Below, piece by piece: positions 23,601-33,868 of a DNA stretch of 64,000 nucleotides (within the stretch, counting starts at the first letter, position 1; each line of letters begins with the position of its first letter). Both the position numbers and the translations under genes were made by a program. A model generated the notes under the pieces. It was given only the letters and a program-made list of their open reading frames with translations, made no database searches and was not told where the DNA came from. Source of the DNA: Owenia fusiformis (lineage: Eukaryota); NCBI GenBank assembly GCA_903813345.2, contig CAIIXF020000001.1, forward strand, positions 35,154,001-35,218,000, given 5' to 3'.

Positions 23601-23634
23601 TCATACAGTAATAAAATAACGAAATAATTACCAT
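2555..23634 (-). CDS. RFC1: Replication factor C subunit 1 (spliced gene; 3' end lies outside the window)
   Basis: Joined exons 23634-23632, 18357-17923, 17074-16969, 14444-14358, 12037-11808, 11399-11268, 10918-10372, 10129-9969, 9310-9206, 7070-6891, 6757-6653, 6467-6030, 5711-5591, 5306-5209, 4889-4752, 4580-4485, 4235-4137, 3787-3636 and 2672-2555. Total 3351 nt, all GT-AG, phases consistent. Motifs: [56 protein letters not shown]. Confidence 0.96.
2763..3461 (-). mobile_element. Helentron/DINE-like non-autonomous element, family A
   Basis: Sub-terminal IR ATCCCATCGAAC (2795-2806) / GTTCGATGGGAT (3448-3459), GACR microsatellite, internal repeats; reverse complement of 32100-33170. Confidence 0.8.
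3636..3787 (-). CDS. RFC1: RFC1 exon
   Basis: [50 protein letters not shown]; ag/gtaag. Confidence 0.95.
4137..4235 (-). CDS. RFC1: RFC1 exon
   Basis: [33 protein letters not shown]; ag/gtagg. Confidence 0.93.
4485..4580 (-). CDS. RFC1: RFC1 exon
   Basis: [32 protein letters not shown]; ag/gttag. Confidence 0.93.
4752..4889 (-). CDS. RFC1: RFC1 exon (AAA+ sensor 1)
   Basis: [46 protein letters not shown]. Confidence 0.95.
5209..5306 (-). CDS. RFC1: RFC1 exon (Walker B)
   Basis: [32 protein letters not shown]. Confidence 0.95.
5591..5711 (-). CDS. RFC1: RFC1 exon (ELNASD box)
   Basis: [40 protein letters not shown]. Confidence 0.95.
6030..6467 (-). CDS. RFC1: RFC1 exon (RFC box II and Walker A)
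   Basis: [32 protein letters not shown]...[21 protein letters not shown]. Confidence 0.96.
6653..6757 (-). CDS. RFC1: RFC1 exon (end of BRCT)
   Basis: [35 protein letters not shown]. Confidence 0.93.
6891..7070 (-). CDS. RFC1: RFC1 exon (BRCT)
   Basis: [60 protein letters not shown]. Confidence 0.96.
7306..7930 (-). mobile_element. Crypton-like non-autonomous element with an N-terminal stub of a tyrosine-recombinase/DUF3504-type protein
   Basis: ORF stub [54 protein letters not shown] resembles the N-terminal region of Crypton/KCTD1/ZMYM-type proteins; about 150-bp hairpin at 7306-7457; 13-bp IR at 7466-7478 / 7913-7925. Confidence 0.7.
8166..9133. mobile_element. Decayed Tc1/mariner (DD37D/maT-like) element built from two inverted 3' halves
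   Basis: TA+CAGGGTGGTCC terminus; minus-strand relic YIFQQEGAP..(37 aa)..[16 protein letters not shown]...GGHIE at about 8410-8720; inverted copy of the same 3' end at about 8760-9133. Confidence 0.82.
9206..9310 (-). CDS. RFC1: RFC1 exon
   Basis: [35 protein letters not shown] (conserved pre-BRCT motif); ag/gtaagt. Confidence 0.93.
9425..9625 (+). mobile_element. Degraded copy of the hairpin element at 19590-19910
   Basis: 9428-9505 and 9582-9620 are reverse complements of about 19820-19900 and 19592-19630. Confidence 0.55.
9969..10129 (-). CDS. RFC1: RFC1 exon (low-complexity N-terminal region)
   Basis: [53 protein letters not shown]; ag/gtaagt; phase 1-0 fits neighbours. Confidence 0.85.
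10372..10918 (-). CDS. RFC1: RFC1 exon with [11 protein letters not shown] tandem repeat
   Basis: 547-nt open exon, ttttag/gtaagt, phase 0-1; [15 protein letters not shown]...RSSPRRTPK. Confidence 0.87.
10661..10858. repeat. 33-bp coding tandem repeat, 6 perfect copies
   Basis: AGGTGATGATTTAGATTCAGAGGGTTGCTTTTT at 10661, 10694, 10727, 10760, 10793 and 10826, plus diverged copies back to about 10595. Confidence 0.97.
11268..11399 (-). CDS. RFC1: RFC1 exon
   Basis: [44 protein letters not shown] (HxDxxFAxTLAxxDE motif as in vertebrate RFC1). Confidence 0.88.
11808..12037 (-). CDS. RFC1: RFC1 exon
   Basis: [25 protein letters not shown]...[20 protein letters not shown]...TKRKA; phase 1-0. Confidence 0.85.
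12082..14107. mobile_element. TIR element (Kolobok-like MITE) interrupted by a Helentron-like insertion
   Basis: TIR AAAGGAGTGGTATCGATATGGAGAACT at 12082 and its reverse complement at 14081-14107; second copy, inverted, at 44186-45198. Confidence 0.8.
12163..13440 (-). mobile_element. Helentron/DINE-like element, family C
   Basis: Sub-TIR GCTCACATGGTG (12181) / CACCATGTGAGC (about 13426); (GACG/GACA)n at 13348-13404; internal 340-360-bp and about 150-bp repeats; inserted in an A-run without a TSD. Confidence 0.8.
14358..14444 (-). CDS. RFC1: RFC1 exon
   Basis: [28 protein letters not shown]; tttttacag acceptor, phase 1-1. Confidence 0.8.
14496..15286. mobile_element. hAT-like MITE
   Basis: TIR CAGGGTTCGATCTTA / TAAGGTCAGACCCTG; many subterminal TTGCTAC/GTAGCAA motifs; imperfect TSD. 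Confidence 0.65.
15357..16797 (-). mobile_element. Helentron/DINE-like element, family B, with about 9 x 146-bp array
   Basis: Sub-TIR ATCCCACCGAAC (15390) / GTTCAGTGGGAT (16784); GACG microsatellite; unit marker at 15537, 15684, 15829, 15975, 16121, 16268, 16414, 16560 and 16704; inverse of 61923-62755. Confidence 0.85.
16969..17074 (-). CDS. RFC1: RFC1 exon
   Basis: [35 protein letters not shown]; tttcag/gttagt; phase 0-1. Confidence 0.82.
17923..18357 (-). CDS. RFC1: RFC1 second exon
   Basis: ttttcag|GATATCCGGAATTTCTTTGGT = DIRNFFG (vertebrate RFC1 starts MDIRKFFG); 435 nt open. Confidence 0.9.
19084..19154 (-). pseudogene. tRNA-like sequence (pseudo-tRNA or SINE head)
   Basis: Minus strand TAGCTCGGTTGTAGAGC (box A) ... 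GGTTTGATCCC (box B); stems imperfect. Confidence 0.5.
19590..19910 (-). mobile_element. Hairpin plus IR-flanked stub element (Crypton-like architecture)
   Basis: Hairpin GGCTAGGCACAAA...TTTGTGCCTAGCC at 19593-19667; IR ATTCGAACATGA (19718) / TCATGTTCGAAT (about 19889); internal ATGGCGGAC...TTTTG|GTGAGT. Confidence 0.55.
20483..22035. mobile_element. Long-TIR (foldback-like) element with internal subrepeats
   Basis: About 200-bp inverted repeats at 20483-20680 and 21840-22035; tandem ACGGTCATGACAGGCCTT subrepeats at 21425-21700. Confidence 0.8.
20751..21208. mobile_element. hAT MITE nested in the foldback element
   Basis: TIR TAGTGTTGTCGCGAT / ATCGCGACAACACTA; perfect 8-bp TSD TTATTAAT (20743-20750, 21209-21216). 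Confidence 0.9.
22950..23536. mobile_element. MITE with 8-bp TSD
   Basis: TIR GGGTGTTACTAAATACCACCTAGGTG / CACCTAGGTGGTATTTAGTACAACCC; TSD CTGTCGCA (22942-22949, 23537-23544). Confidence 0.85.
23632..23634 (-). CDS. RFC1: Probable RFC1 exon 1 coding part (ATG only)
   Basis: Minus strand ...AGACACATG|GTAATT; joins exon 2 in phase 0 to give MDIRNFFG; lies in non-repetitive sequence beside a promoter-like region. Confidence 0.6.
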
Positions 23635-23679
23635 GTGTCTACTTAGCAGTTTGTTCTATGTCATCCATCCTGCTAGGTT

Positions 23680-23870
23680 ACATTGTGGCGCATTGTGTTA
23701 TACAAGGGATCGGCCAAACTTATTATATATTGTATACGCCACCTACCTTTTGTCATTTAATCACAGGAAATTGAATAGAAATCCCCTTCTCTCATGTCAC
23801 GCAAATCATTGATGCTAGAAAATGACGTCATCGACAAATGGACTCGTCGAAACGTAGGGGACAAGGTATG
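23680..23870. promoter_or_regulatory. Candidate bidirectional promoter
   Basis: CRE TGACGTCA at 23823-23830, ETS-like CAGGAAAT and local CpG enrichment, between the RFC1 ATG (-) and a plus-strand donor AAG|GTATGT at 23866. Confidence 0.45.
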
Positions 23871-24213
23871 TATATATCAAACGCTGCCATCTTTCTTTCA
23901 GCAGGTACCCTGCCATAAATAGTTTTTTTTACAGATACATGACTTGTTATGTGATCCCTACAGTTCTCGGGATTGACAAATTTGGTTCTTTAAGTGGTCT
24001 TTATACTGAACGAAGTCAAGATAAATGTCATTTTTCACCCCTGTTAGATAAACTCGCCCGATATTTGGAAATCTGACGTCACTCAAACACAGGGCAATGA
24101 GAATTTTTCTGTAGAAAATGACTGACCTGTCCTTCGAAGTTCGTATCGATTTTCGAGTATTTCTGTTCCTAGCTATGAAATGGATAAAAACACTTGGCCA
24201 TAAAACCCTGTGA

Positions 24214-24942
24214 GAACAGGTACAGAGAAGAGCAGCCAGGTTTGTATCCAAATGTCACTCGAGGGAACCAGGCTGCGTCACCAAAGCTCTTCAAGACCTA
24301 CAGTGGGAGCCACTGAAGGAGCGTCGAGAGGCTGCTAGAGTTTTCCTTTTCTACAAAGGAAAGCAGAACCTAGCAGCCATCGACGTGCCTCCATACTTCC
24401 ACCAACAGATCAATACCAACACTAGGTTGTATCATCCTTCTAAGTTCATACAACCATCAACTAGAACGGATGCATACAAATTTAGCTATTTCCCTAGGAC
24501 AATAGCTAAATGGAACACTCTACCTGGTGACATCTTAGACTGTGACAGTCTAAGTAGTTTTAAATCATCATACCTATGTCATATGCCTTTGTCAATAACT
24601 ACAATTAAATAGGTGTGTTTTAATATAGATCTATGTTTTAATGTAAAAGGTCCCCAGTGCACAGCAAAAAGCCTGCACTACTGGTAAAGAGGGGAGATGA
24701 CAACGCAGTAGCCTGACAGTCGCCCCAGGGTATTTCAACATAAAGGGACTTCCTGGGGGGGGGTACAGGGGCCAACCAGGAAGGTTCCTTTCAATTTTAA
24801 AATGAGTTGTAAACCATAGATCTATTTTTAAATGTTAAGGTTTTAAATTATATTCTATTCAAATTCTATCACTGTTGAATTATATATCTGCTTTTTTGGG
24901 CTTATTAGCCTTTTGCAGATTATTGACATAGACATAGACATT
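24214..24942 (+). mobile_element. 5'-truncated LINE (CR1/L2-group) ORF2 3' end and tail
   Basis: Open frame 24214-24612: EQVQRRAARFV...LQWEPLKERR..AR..LFYK...YKFSYFPRTIAKWNTLP; ends in (GACATA)n at about 24925-24940. Confidence 0.85.
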
Positions 24943-25217
24943 CATCCAATGTATGTAGGCTGAATTATTGAGAAGGAATACATGAACTTTTTCAGAAAAT
25001 GGATTTTTGATTGTCGAACAGCATTCTTTTTAGAGTATAGTTGAAAGCCCATGTACAGACCTTTATCTTTTCCATCTCTCAAACATTGAGTGATCAATAT
25101 ATACCCTGTAATCTCTTCTTTATGTATCAGTTTGAATGGTTGCATGATATCAATTATTGACGCTGTAAATCAAATTTTCCTGAGACATTTATTTCAAATT
25201 TTCAGAGCGTAAAGATT

Positions 25218-25482
25218 ATGGAGTGCTTCGGTAATTTCCGGCAGTGTCCGATGTTGTTCGTCTCTCAAATTACGTCACATCACAACAAACAGCCAATGAA
25301 AGTAAAGGATCTCGTAGCCTAACAAACCGTTATCATTGTTTCTACAGGATCTTAAAGAAACGTCATCCGGTTTCCCAGTAATCTCTGATGTAACGTTATC
25401 TGGAGTGGCGTCATATTCTCTGAAAATACATTTGACTTCGGGAATAAACATTTGAACAACGAAAATAGTCGAAGCACTCCAT
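25218..25482. mobile_element. Small MITE
   Basis: 13-bp TIR ATGGAGTGCTTCG / CGAAGCACTCCAT. Confidence 0.5.
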
Positions 25483-25914
25483 TAAATATACGCTCGCTTA
25501 TTTTATACTTTTATCAACAGATGCTTTCTTGAATGTGTGGTCTTAGTGATTGGAGATGAAGCTAACAACAGTACGCATCGTTTGAGGTATGATGTGTGAT
25601 ATTTATTGATAAACTGACTCCAAAATCAAGGAAATATAAATTTTCCGAAGATTTTATGTCTTGTCCTTGAGTATATTTATTGACCCTAGACACCAAGAAG
25701 AGGTAATCTGGCAGATGTCCGTGGTTCAAAATCAAAAGTCAACATTTAACCGATTGTATTATCATAGTTAAAAAACCCTTAACATGTTAAGATAGTCCAC
25801 AACAAAGTGTAATTAAGATATTGGGCATATTTTCACGGCGTGTCATTTTCTTTTTTTGACACTCTCCGACTCACTCTGTTGAAAGCCCATGAATTGACAT
25901 TTCAATATGATCAC

Positions 25915-26838
25915 TAGTGTTGTCGCGATTAATTGATACATCGCGATATACATCGCCAAAAGTGATTCTGGCGATGCATCTATGTCTGAAACAAAACATC
26001 AATGTTTTTTTAAAATGGACTGTCTCCCGTACCGACAACTGCCCAGTGAGTATTTGCTTGGGTACTGACAATTGTCGTCACTCTATCGTCTCTTAGTAGG
26101 GCAAGATAGATGACCGACATTTTCAAAAATAAATACACTACAGTAAAATTTTAAATGTTTGGAACTACTTAGAATTTAAAAGATAAGCAATCAAATGACA
26201 ATATTGCATCAGTATATAAAAAAAATAGAAACATATATACTTGTCCTAACTTTTGTATATTTCAGATAGTTATTCCACTAATAACTATAGTTATGTATAA
26301 TGTGCAGTAAAGCTGTGGCCTTTTGTAATTAAGGGAATTTCAGCCATGTTAATTTTTTCAAAATAACATGGCAGAGAAGCATCAAAATATAAGAGGCCAC
26401 AGATACCAGATTGACTCCAAGAATGCAACATGACACGTGCCAGCTTTCAAAATGCTGTTGCACTATTTTGAAACCTGTCACAAGTAAATAAGGTTGCATT
26501 CTGGGAGTCAATCCACCTTGGATCACAAACATGGCGATCCATGAAAACATTTGTTCGATTTGGTAGGAATTTATCCATCATTTGCAGGTATGAAGCTTTG
26601 GATTCATTTATTGTGCTACTTAAAATGAATGGGAATTATTTTTCTACTGCTTGGGAGAGTTTCAGATATGAAACTTAGAATTTAACTCATTGTGCCAACT
26701 TTTGATGGTTGAGGTTTATTAATGTCTTCCACTTTACTGTTACTTATTTGTTGCGTTCAGTATTTAAGTGCATTTACGTTCGGTATTTTAGTGGACTTTT
26801 TCTATGACCTTTTTCCGATGAACATCGCGACAACACTA
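25915..26838. mobile_element. hAT element, same TIRs as 20751-21208 but a different interior
   Basis: TIR TAGTGTTGTCGCGAT / ATCGCGACAACACTA; perfect TSD ATGATCAC (25907-25914, 26839-26846). Confidence 0.9.
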
Positions 26839-27384
26839 ATGATCACAGGGCATAAAACATTAACACCGTGCTCCTCGTCAGTCCAACAATTGAACTTTCT
26901 GAAAATGTTCAAATATTCCTCCTACTTATAAATATTCGATGTATCACAGAGTTTTATGGCAGCGTGTATTCATCCTTACCATAGCTAGATTTAGATTTAG
27001 ATTTATGAACTTTATTACACATTCATACCCATAAAAGGTTAAGTGTACACAAAGTAAACACTAATCAGATAGTGTAACAGAAATATACTTGAAAGTCAAT
27101 ATACATGTACAGTATATCAATTATCGAAGAACAGGTCAGTCATTTTCTCAAAAAATTTCTCCTATTCCTGTGTTTAAGTGTCCAAGTATTGGACAAGTTT
27201 ATTTAACATGGTTGAAAATATCTAAACTCACCATTTTATTGTAAGATGGCAGCTGTGTTAGACCTACCTTGTCTATCTACGTATGGACGAGTCTATCTTT
27301 TCTGCAATCTGGCAACGTCACATTCCTAGAATTGCACGGCTCATCTTTATTAAAAAAACAAAAGTGAGAAAATATCGATGTATA

Positions 27385-28210
27385 CAATAGACTAGATGAG
27401 AGTAGAAATAATCTTGATTTACGTCATTAAAATTCAGCCAAACTGATGTCATATTTCATATAAAGTTACATCCAGAAATATGGTTTTGAAAAGAGTTTAT
27501 CAGCTTTGAAAATTTAATTTTATTTGAAACTAGGCCAGGGAGATTACCCATAGTCCCCATGTTGTAAAATCACAAAAAGTGAAATATCTTCTCTTGTGTT
27601 AGGCAGATGTTCCATATACTTCCAATATTTATTTTCAATATTTTACTTAACTATGTTAAATTTGAGAAAAGCAACCTGTAATGCCACATGGCGATTGGTA
27701 TGCTTTTATATGTAATCGTTTATATTGTTTTCAACAAGTGAAATAAAATCTGTAATGGAGAACTTCCCATTTTTATTATTCACAGTGACACTCAGAATTG
27801 AGAATATATCAGTGAATGGGTGATTAGTGATACTGATAGGCCTGTAATATCAGATAAGACTTCTAGTTTTCTGCTAGGTGAAATGCTGAATTAGATGCAA
27901 GTGAAATAAGTGAAAGTAATAGATTTTGGTTTGGCTATCTTATACTCAAAGCAATTTTAGAGTAGATCTCAATAGACTAGATGCGAGTAGAAATGATCTT
28001 GATTTACGTCATTAAATATTCAAAATTCAGTCAAAGTAATGTCATATTTGAAATCTACATGTTAAAATACGTCTAAAAATATGGTTTTGAAAATTGTTTA
28101 TCTACTTTGAAAATTTAATATTTTTTGAAAATGTGACTTCTAGTTCGGGTTGATTCCCCATAGACACCATGTTACAAAATCACAAAAAGTGAAATATCTT
28201 TTCTTGTATT
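27385..28210. repeat. Pair of diverged direct repeats of about 230 bp (probably transposon-internal)
   Basis: AATAGACTAGATG.GAGTAGAAAT...CACAAAAAGTGAAATATCTT at about 27386-27595 and 27971-28205. Confidence 0.7.
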
Positions 28211-30400
28211 GGACATATAACATTTTCTTTTACTGGACATACTTTAATTTGCATAACTATTCGATACACTAGGGCTATATTAAAATTGAACCACTAAAAC
28301 AGATGTAATTTAAGTTAAAGGGAACTTTCTACTATACCCGCCATGCTATCTGGCCCGAGCGAGCCACCTGGTGGTGAAACTGGTAACTACCTACTCGCAT
28401 TTGCGTTATTAAGGTATTGTTTTTCTGATTCATGCCTCAGAAAATTCAAAATGGCTGCCTAGAGCATGAATTAGCTATTAGAGATCTCAAAGTATGGTTA
28501 CATTATACATGTTCTATATTATATTAGATTGTCTTTTGTGCCTTTGAAACTCCCAAATGGTTACCTAAAATCTCAACCAACCTGACTTATCTTCCAGAAG
28601 TGAGGTCTTAGTAGTTCCATCGGACATTCTTAATATTCAAAATTATGAACTTTTGAGTCGGTTAATGACTATACTGTGTAATATAGTGTGTTTAATATTA
28701 TCATTTATATTTCAGTAAATACATAAATGATAGAAGATGGCCTTTACTTGATCTTTCACTAGTCTGTATTGGTAGCTAAACCAAAGTTTACAAGTGTATG
28801 GATATCAACATATTTCCATATAAATTGTCAGCCATTTCATATCTCGGAAGGTATGACCAATATACATGTATAACAGTTGGCTTCTAATGTAGTCATAAAA
28901 ATCTGACTTAAAGTTTTTCTTTGGTGTTATTTTTTATAATTTGGATATGATTTTTGTGGAACCTCCACAAGTGATGACATATTGTTGTAGTCTCCAATGT
29001 TTTTTTGTGGATGGTGTTTGGCGTTCAGCAGTTGGTGTTTGGTTTTTATTCGTTGGTGTTCAGAGTTCCGTAGTCGGTGTCACTGTAACAAATGGCAGGC
29101 AGTGACAGTTTTCATGTTAATGCCTTAAAGGTGTACAAAAAATTTTTTGAACTAAAGCTGAACACTTGTCAAATCGTTGATCCTATGGAGTCATCTATTG
29201 TGGTGCAACTACCTTAATAGCAACATGCTAAAACTAGAAAGTGATATTTACCATAGCAACATAATATATGTTTATATAGATTCTTTGCTTGTTAATCATC
29301 ATTCAATAAATTATCTTGAAAAGATCCAAGAATAAAAGCAAAAGCTTTCTTTCTTAACAATCCCTTTTTGTTTTCATGTGACAGTAGAATACATTACCTC
29401 GGAAGCCAATTACTAATAAATAATATATAATCTACGTGGATATTACAGAACATAATGGAACAACTGTATGATAAAGTTCTTCTGGTTGACAGATTGTTCT
29501 CTACCTGTCTGTAGGCACCGATCAATTTGCCGTCTATAATCTTCTTATATAAGATATATATTGATTCACAGAGCACTGTTGTATATAGTTTAATGTTACT
29601 ACAACAATCTATCTTGGGGAAACAATATTCTGATTGAGGTTTTTCTGGAGATCTCGCTGGGAATAATCATATAAGGTAAGTTACTTCTAATATTGTTATT
29701 GTTTACATTGTTGTCTTACATGAATCAATACATTTACTCTATAAAAGATAAACATCAATTAAATGTGCTAATTGTTGGTGTTATTAATTTTAACTTGGTT
29801 GTCTCTCATCTTTCTGCTCATCGATATAGTTGTTCATGAGGGGTGTCATTGTTTCCCCAAAATGTCTTATTCATGAAAAACTTTGCAACAGGATAGGAAG
29901 GTGACCACCACTACCTTTGTTCCAAATATTCGAATGAAAATATATTTTTATCCCTTGATTTTCTCCTTGAATACTGGTCATTGCCCCTAATAACAGTAAC
30001 AATTAATGATTTAAAGTATATTTTGTTCATTTAAAATTAAGGAAAATAATGGCCTAATTGTATAAGTAACATTATTTGGCTAATCCCCAATAGCAACTTG
30101 TCTGGGGCTTGTTACCATAACAACAATATAAATGCAGGTAGTTATGTTGTTTAATGGAGGTCTTGTCACCAAGAGAATCAATATTCTTGCTGATCAAGCT
30201 TAGCGCATCAATAAACATGTAATTTGGGTTCATTTGTTTGTTATTAATAAGTTACAGGTTTTTTTACTAAAACAAATGCTGGACTGATGCCAGTACCCCA
30301 CCAATGCTTCAAAATAAATCAGGAATTAACAAAATAGAGATCCTCTCATAAACTATATAGTAAGGATATCTAGCAAGGGAATTAGATAATGTTATACTAA

Positions 30401-31925
30401 TGTATCTCATACTTGAGTGGGTTTGGGGTAGATATCACCTGGGAATATATATCGTATCTGAGGAGCCGGCAGGATATATTCTATATGTCCCGCTCCAGTC
30501 CAGATACGGGCAGATGTAATATATCCATCCTGCTCCCGGGAATTTTTTCAATATAATTCTTTTTTCGTGCAGTGTAATAATGATGCATTGTGGGATTTCT
30601 CCAGACGAAAAAATTAGAAATAAATATTTGGAAAGACACTGAAATTCGATTAAAACATGGATAATATACATGAAAATGACACTCATTTGAATAATAACGA
30701 AGCAGAAACTAACTGCAGATTCGAAAATCAAATAGATGTTGAAGAATTTCTCACAACCACTGAAAATGAAAACACTTCAAAAAAACTCGACTTAATATCA
30801 AAATATTCAAAGATTTCTTGGTCAGTAAAGATGAATCTACCCCAAACCCACTCAAGTATGAGATACACCAGTTATGTACGGTCTGTTTTGGATATAGGGT
30901 TTATCCCTCGGGAAATATTTATATCTCCCCTTGGTCCCTTGGGTGAACGAGTGCATATATCAATATCACCGAGTAGATTAAAATGATATTCTGAAAAAAT
31001 CATAGGATGTTCTTATTATCCTACACTTACAAGGAGTGTACTAAATGCATAATATCATTGCAAAATAAATTCCATGCCAAATCAACAAGCGGAGTATATC
31101 GTCACAATATCCTCCGCATATTGGGGTTTCCGGAGTATATCGTCACAATATCCTCCGCCCGGAGTATATCGTTACGATATCCTCCGGATATTCATTTTGC
31201 CAAGAAATATCAAATTTATTTTTTAATGTTATTATACATTTAGTACACTAAGTGTAGGATAAATAGAGATTATCCTATATGAGGTTCAGGATATTGGGAT
31301 TATCCCGAGGCCAATATAATATATCTGCCCGAGGGCCGTAGGTCCCGAGGGAAGATATGTTATATTGGCCAAGGGATAATCCAAATATCCTGAACCGACT
31401 ATAGGATGATCTGTTTATCCCATTCCAATCACATTGTTCAATTGGCCAAAGTTCAGAAACTTAGCAACAAACCGTGGAATTATTTTAAAATATTCATGTC
31501 CAGTTTTGTATTTTTGTCCGTAGCCGGATTTTCCTGTTCAAATCTTTGATTATTAACGGGGCATACTGCTCCTTCCCTTCTTTAAAGCATATAACAGATC
31601 GCGATTGTCTGTGTTTTTCTCCATTGTCGTTTACAGTATGTGAACGTTACAAAAAAAGGACCAATACGGGAACAGCGATTATGACGTAGCGGGCAGATAT
31701 ACTATATCTGCCCGCTCGGAGCGGGACGTATGTGAACGTTACAAAAAAAGGACCAATACGGGAACAGCGATTATGACGTAGCGGGCAGATATACTATATC
31801 TACCCGCTGATGAAAATATAAGTTTTTACAAACCGGCTTTATGTACCCGTAACACGTCCAAGTATGGGATAAATAAATATATCCCTCAGGATATACCCTT
31901 TATCCAAAACCTCCCAGTACATAAC
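30401..31925. mobile_element. Stack of Crypton-like non-autonomous elements
   Basis: 33-bp perfect IR at 30401-30433 / 30835-30867 around the frameshifted stub ..TENENTSKK/TRLNIKIFKDFLVSKDE; hairpin arms at 30871-30920 / 31873-31925 separated by inserts; internal hairpin at 31262-31420 with CCCGAGGGCCGTAGGTCCCGAGGG apex. Confidence 0.65.
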
Positions 31926-32099
31926 CCTTATATATGCCCACAAAAGTAATGAGATATGTTTGGAGGGATGGGGTAAAATCTAAAACATGTTTTGTTTGTT
32001 TTAAATTAAATTATAACATTTTAGACAATTTGAACATTGTACTTTTCCTCAATGTTATTCTCCATATTCTTGATGTAACTTTTACTCATTAGCCCTTTG

Positions 32100-33170
32100 T
32101 TATCCCATCGAACGAAGTTCGGAGGGATATAGGGAACGCCTCCGTCCGTCCGTCCGTCCGTCCGTACGTACGTACGTACGTCCGTACGTACGTACGTACG
32201 TCCGTCCGTCTGTCCGTCCGTCCGGGCAATAACTCAAATACCGTTGGCCCGATTTTGTTCATATTTTGTACACATATACCTTATGGGGGTAGAAGTTCTG
32301 CTTGAAAGCCGATTTTCAAAATGGCCGCTCATTTCAAAATGGCGGCCATTTTAGTGCCGATTTTACAGTAATTTAGGTGCAATATGTAAAACTGTTATAT
32401 CAATATGTTTTAAATGTAAAAAAATTATAAAGGACATTAATAATGCTACAAATGTAGATATTAAAGAAGCACATGGCAGCCATCTTGAAAAATGGCGGCC
32501 TTTACTCGTCATTTTACGATTTTTGCTATAACTCAAAAAATAGTTGAGCGATTTTGTTCATATTTGGTATGTGAATACTATAAGCATTGTACACTGTCTA
32601 AAGACACTTTTGGTAGAAGGCGGCCATTTTGAAAAAAAAAATTGAAAAATGGCCGCCATTTTAACGTATTTTACTATAACTCGAAAAGTAGTGGAGCGAT
32701 TTTGTTCATATTTGGTATGTGAATACTATAAGCATGGCACACTGTCCTATGACACTTTTGGTAGAAGGCGGCCATTTTGAAAATTTCTTGAAAAATGGCC
32801 GCCATTTTAACGTATTTACTATAACTCGAAAAGTAGTGGAGCAATTTTGTTCATATTTGATATGTGAATACTTTAAGCATGGAACATTGTCTAATAAAAC
32901 TTTGGGGAGTAGTCGGCCATTTTGAAAAATGGCCACCATTTTTATGTGTGTTATTTTACAAATACGTGTGCGATTTTTCAAAAATTTTAGAGGTGGCTAC
33001 TGAAAAGCATATTATTTCTTCTGATGACAACTTGGCTAGTGAGCAACCATTTTGAAAATGGTGGCCTTTCTGGTGTGTTGTTTTATGATATTTGCTATTC
33101 GTTTGTAAAAATGCCAGCCATTTCTGTTCGATGGGATTCGCTACGCTTTGGCGTTGCCGTTGTTCTGGTT
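32100..33170 (+). mobile_element. Helentron/DINE-like element, family A
   Basis: Sub-TIR ATCCCATCGAAC (32102) / GTTCGATGGGAT (33126); (GTCC)/(GTAC)n at 32141-32223; 145-148-bp units; 3' stem-loop. Confidence 0.85.
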
Positions 33171-33868
33171 TTGCAATTTGAGAGAGGGAACTACTAAACT
33201 TGTAATCTGGCATATGTAAGCATTCTCAATGAGTCAAAGTAAATCCATGATCACTCTATTGATCACCAATACTTCAAGTCAATAAGTAGTTTTGAGTTGC
33301 ATTACTTGATTGAAAGTATAATTTGATGCTCACTTCAGCCCCTTAGACTGATGGAACAGCTTCAAGTATGTTCTTGGGCTTAAATAGCAGGCTATATTAT
33401 ATAGGCCAACATGATTCAGTAGTCAGAAATCAATTTGTAGATTCTTTTGATACTGCCTGCTATATACCTGTCAATGTTCACACTTTTTCAGTCCCATTTT
33501 TTCAATCTCCCAGACTTTCATGTTAAAAACCCCTGACCTGGCTATCGGGATAATTTTTGCTAGTTCAAGTGACATTCAGATTAGACATCATTATTGTTGT
33601 TTTACTATCTGATTAAATTCTATTACATTCTGAAATTATTGAGTATTAAAGGCTTGTCTATCCTTATGTCCCATTTATGTTTTTTTGTCCTATCCTACCC
33701 CTAATGTTGCCTTGTAATTATGTTTTAAAGGATGAATGAATAAATGTTTAACGGATATTGCCATGCAATATCAATGTGGGACCATGGCCCATGCATCTCT
33801 TGCTTTATACATTGATTTGACTTTATAATATAGTTTTCTATGAAGATAATTCATGAAAAAAATATTAC

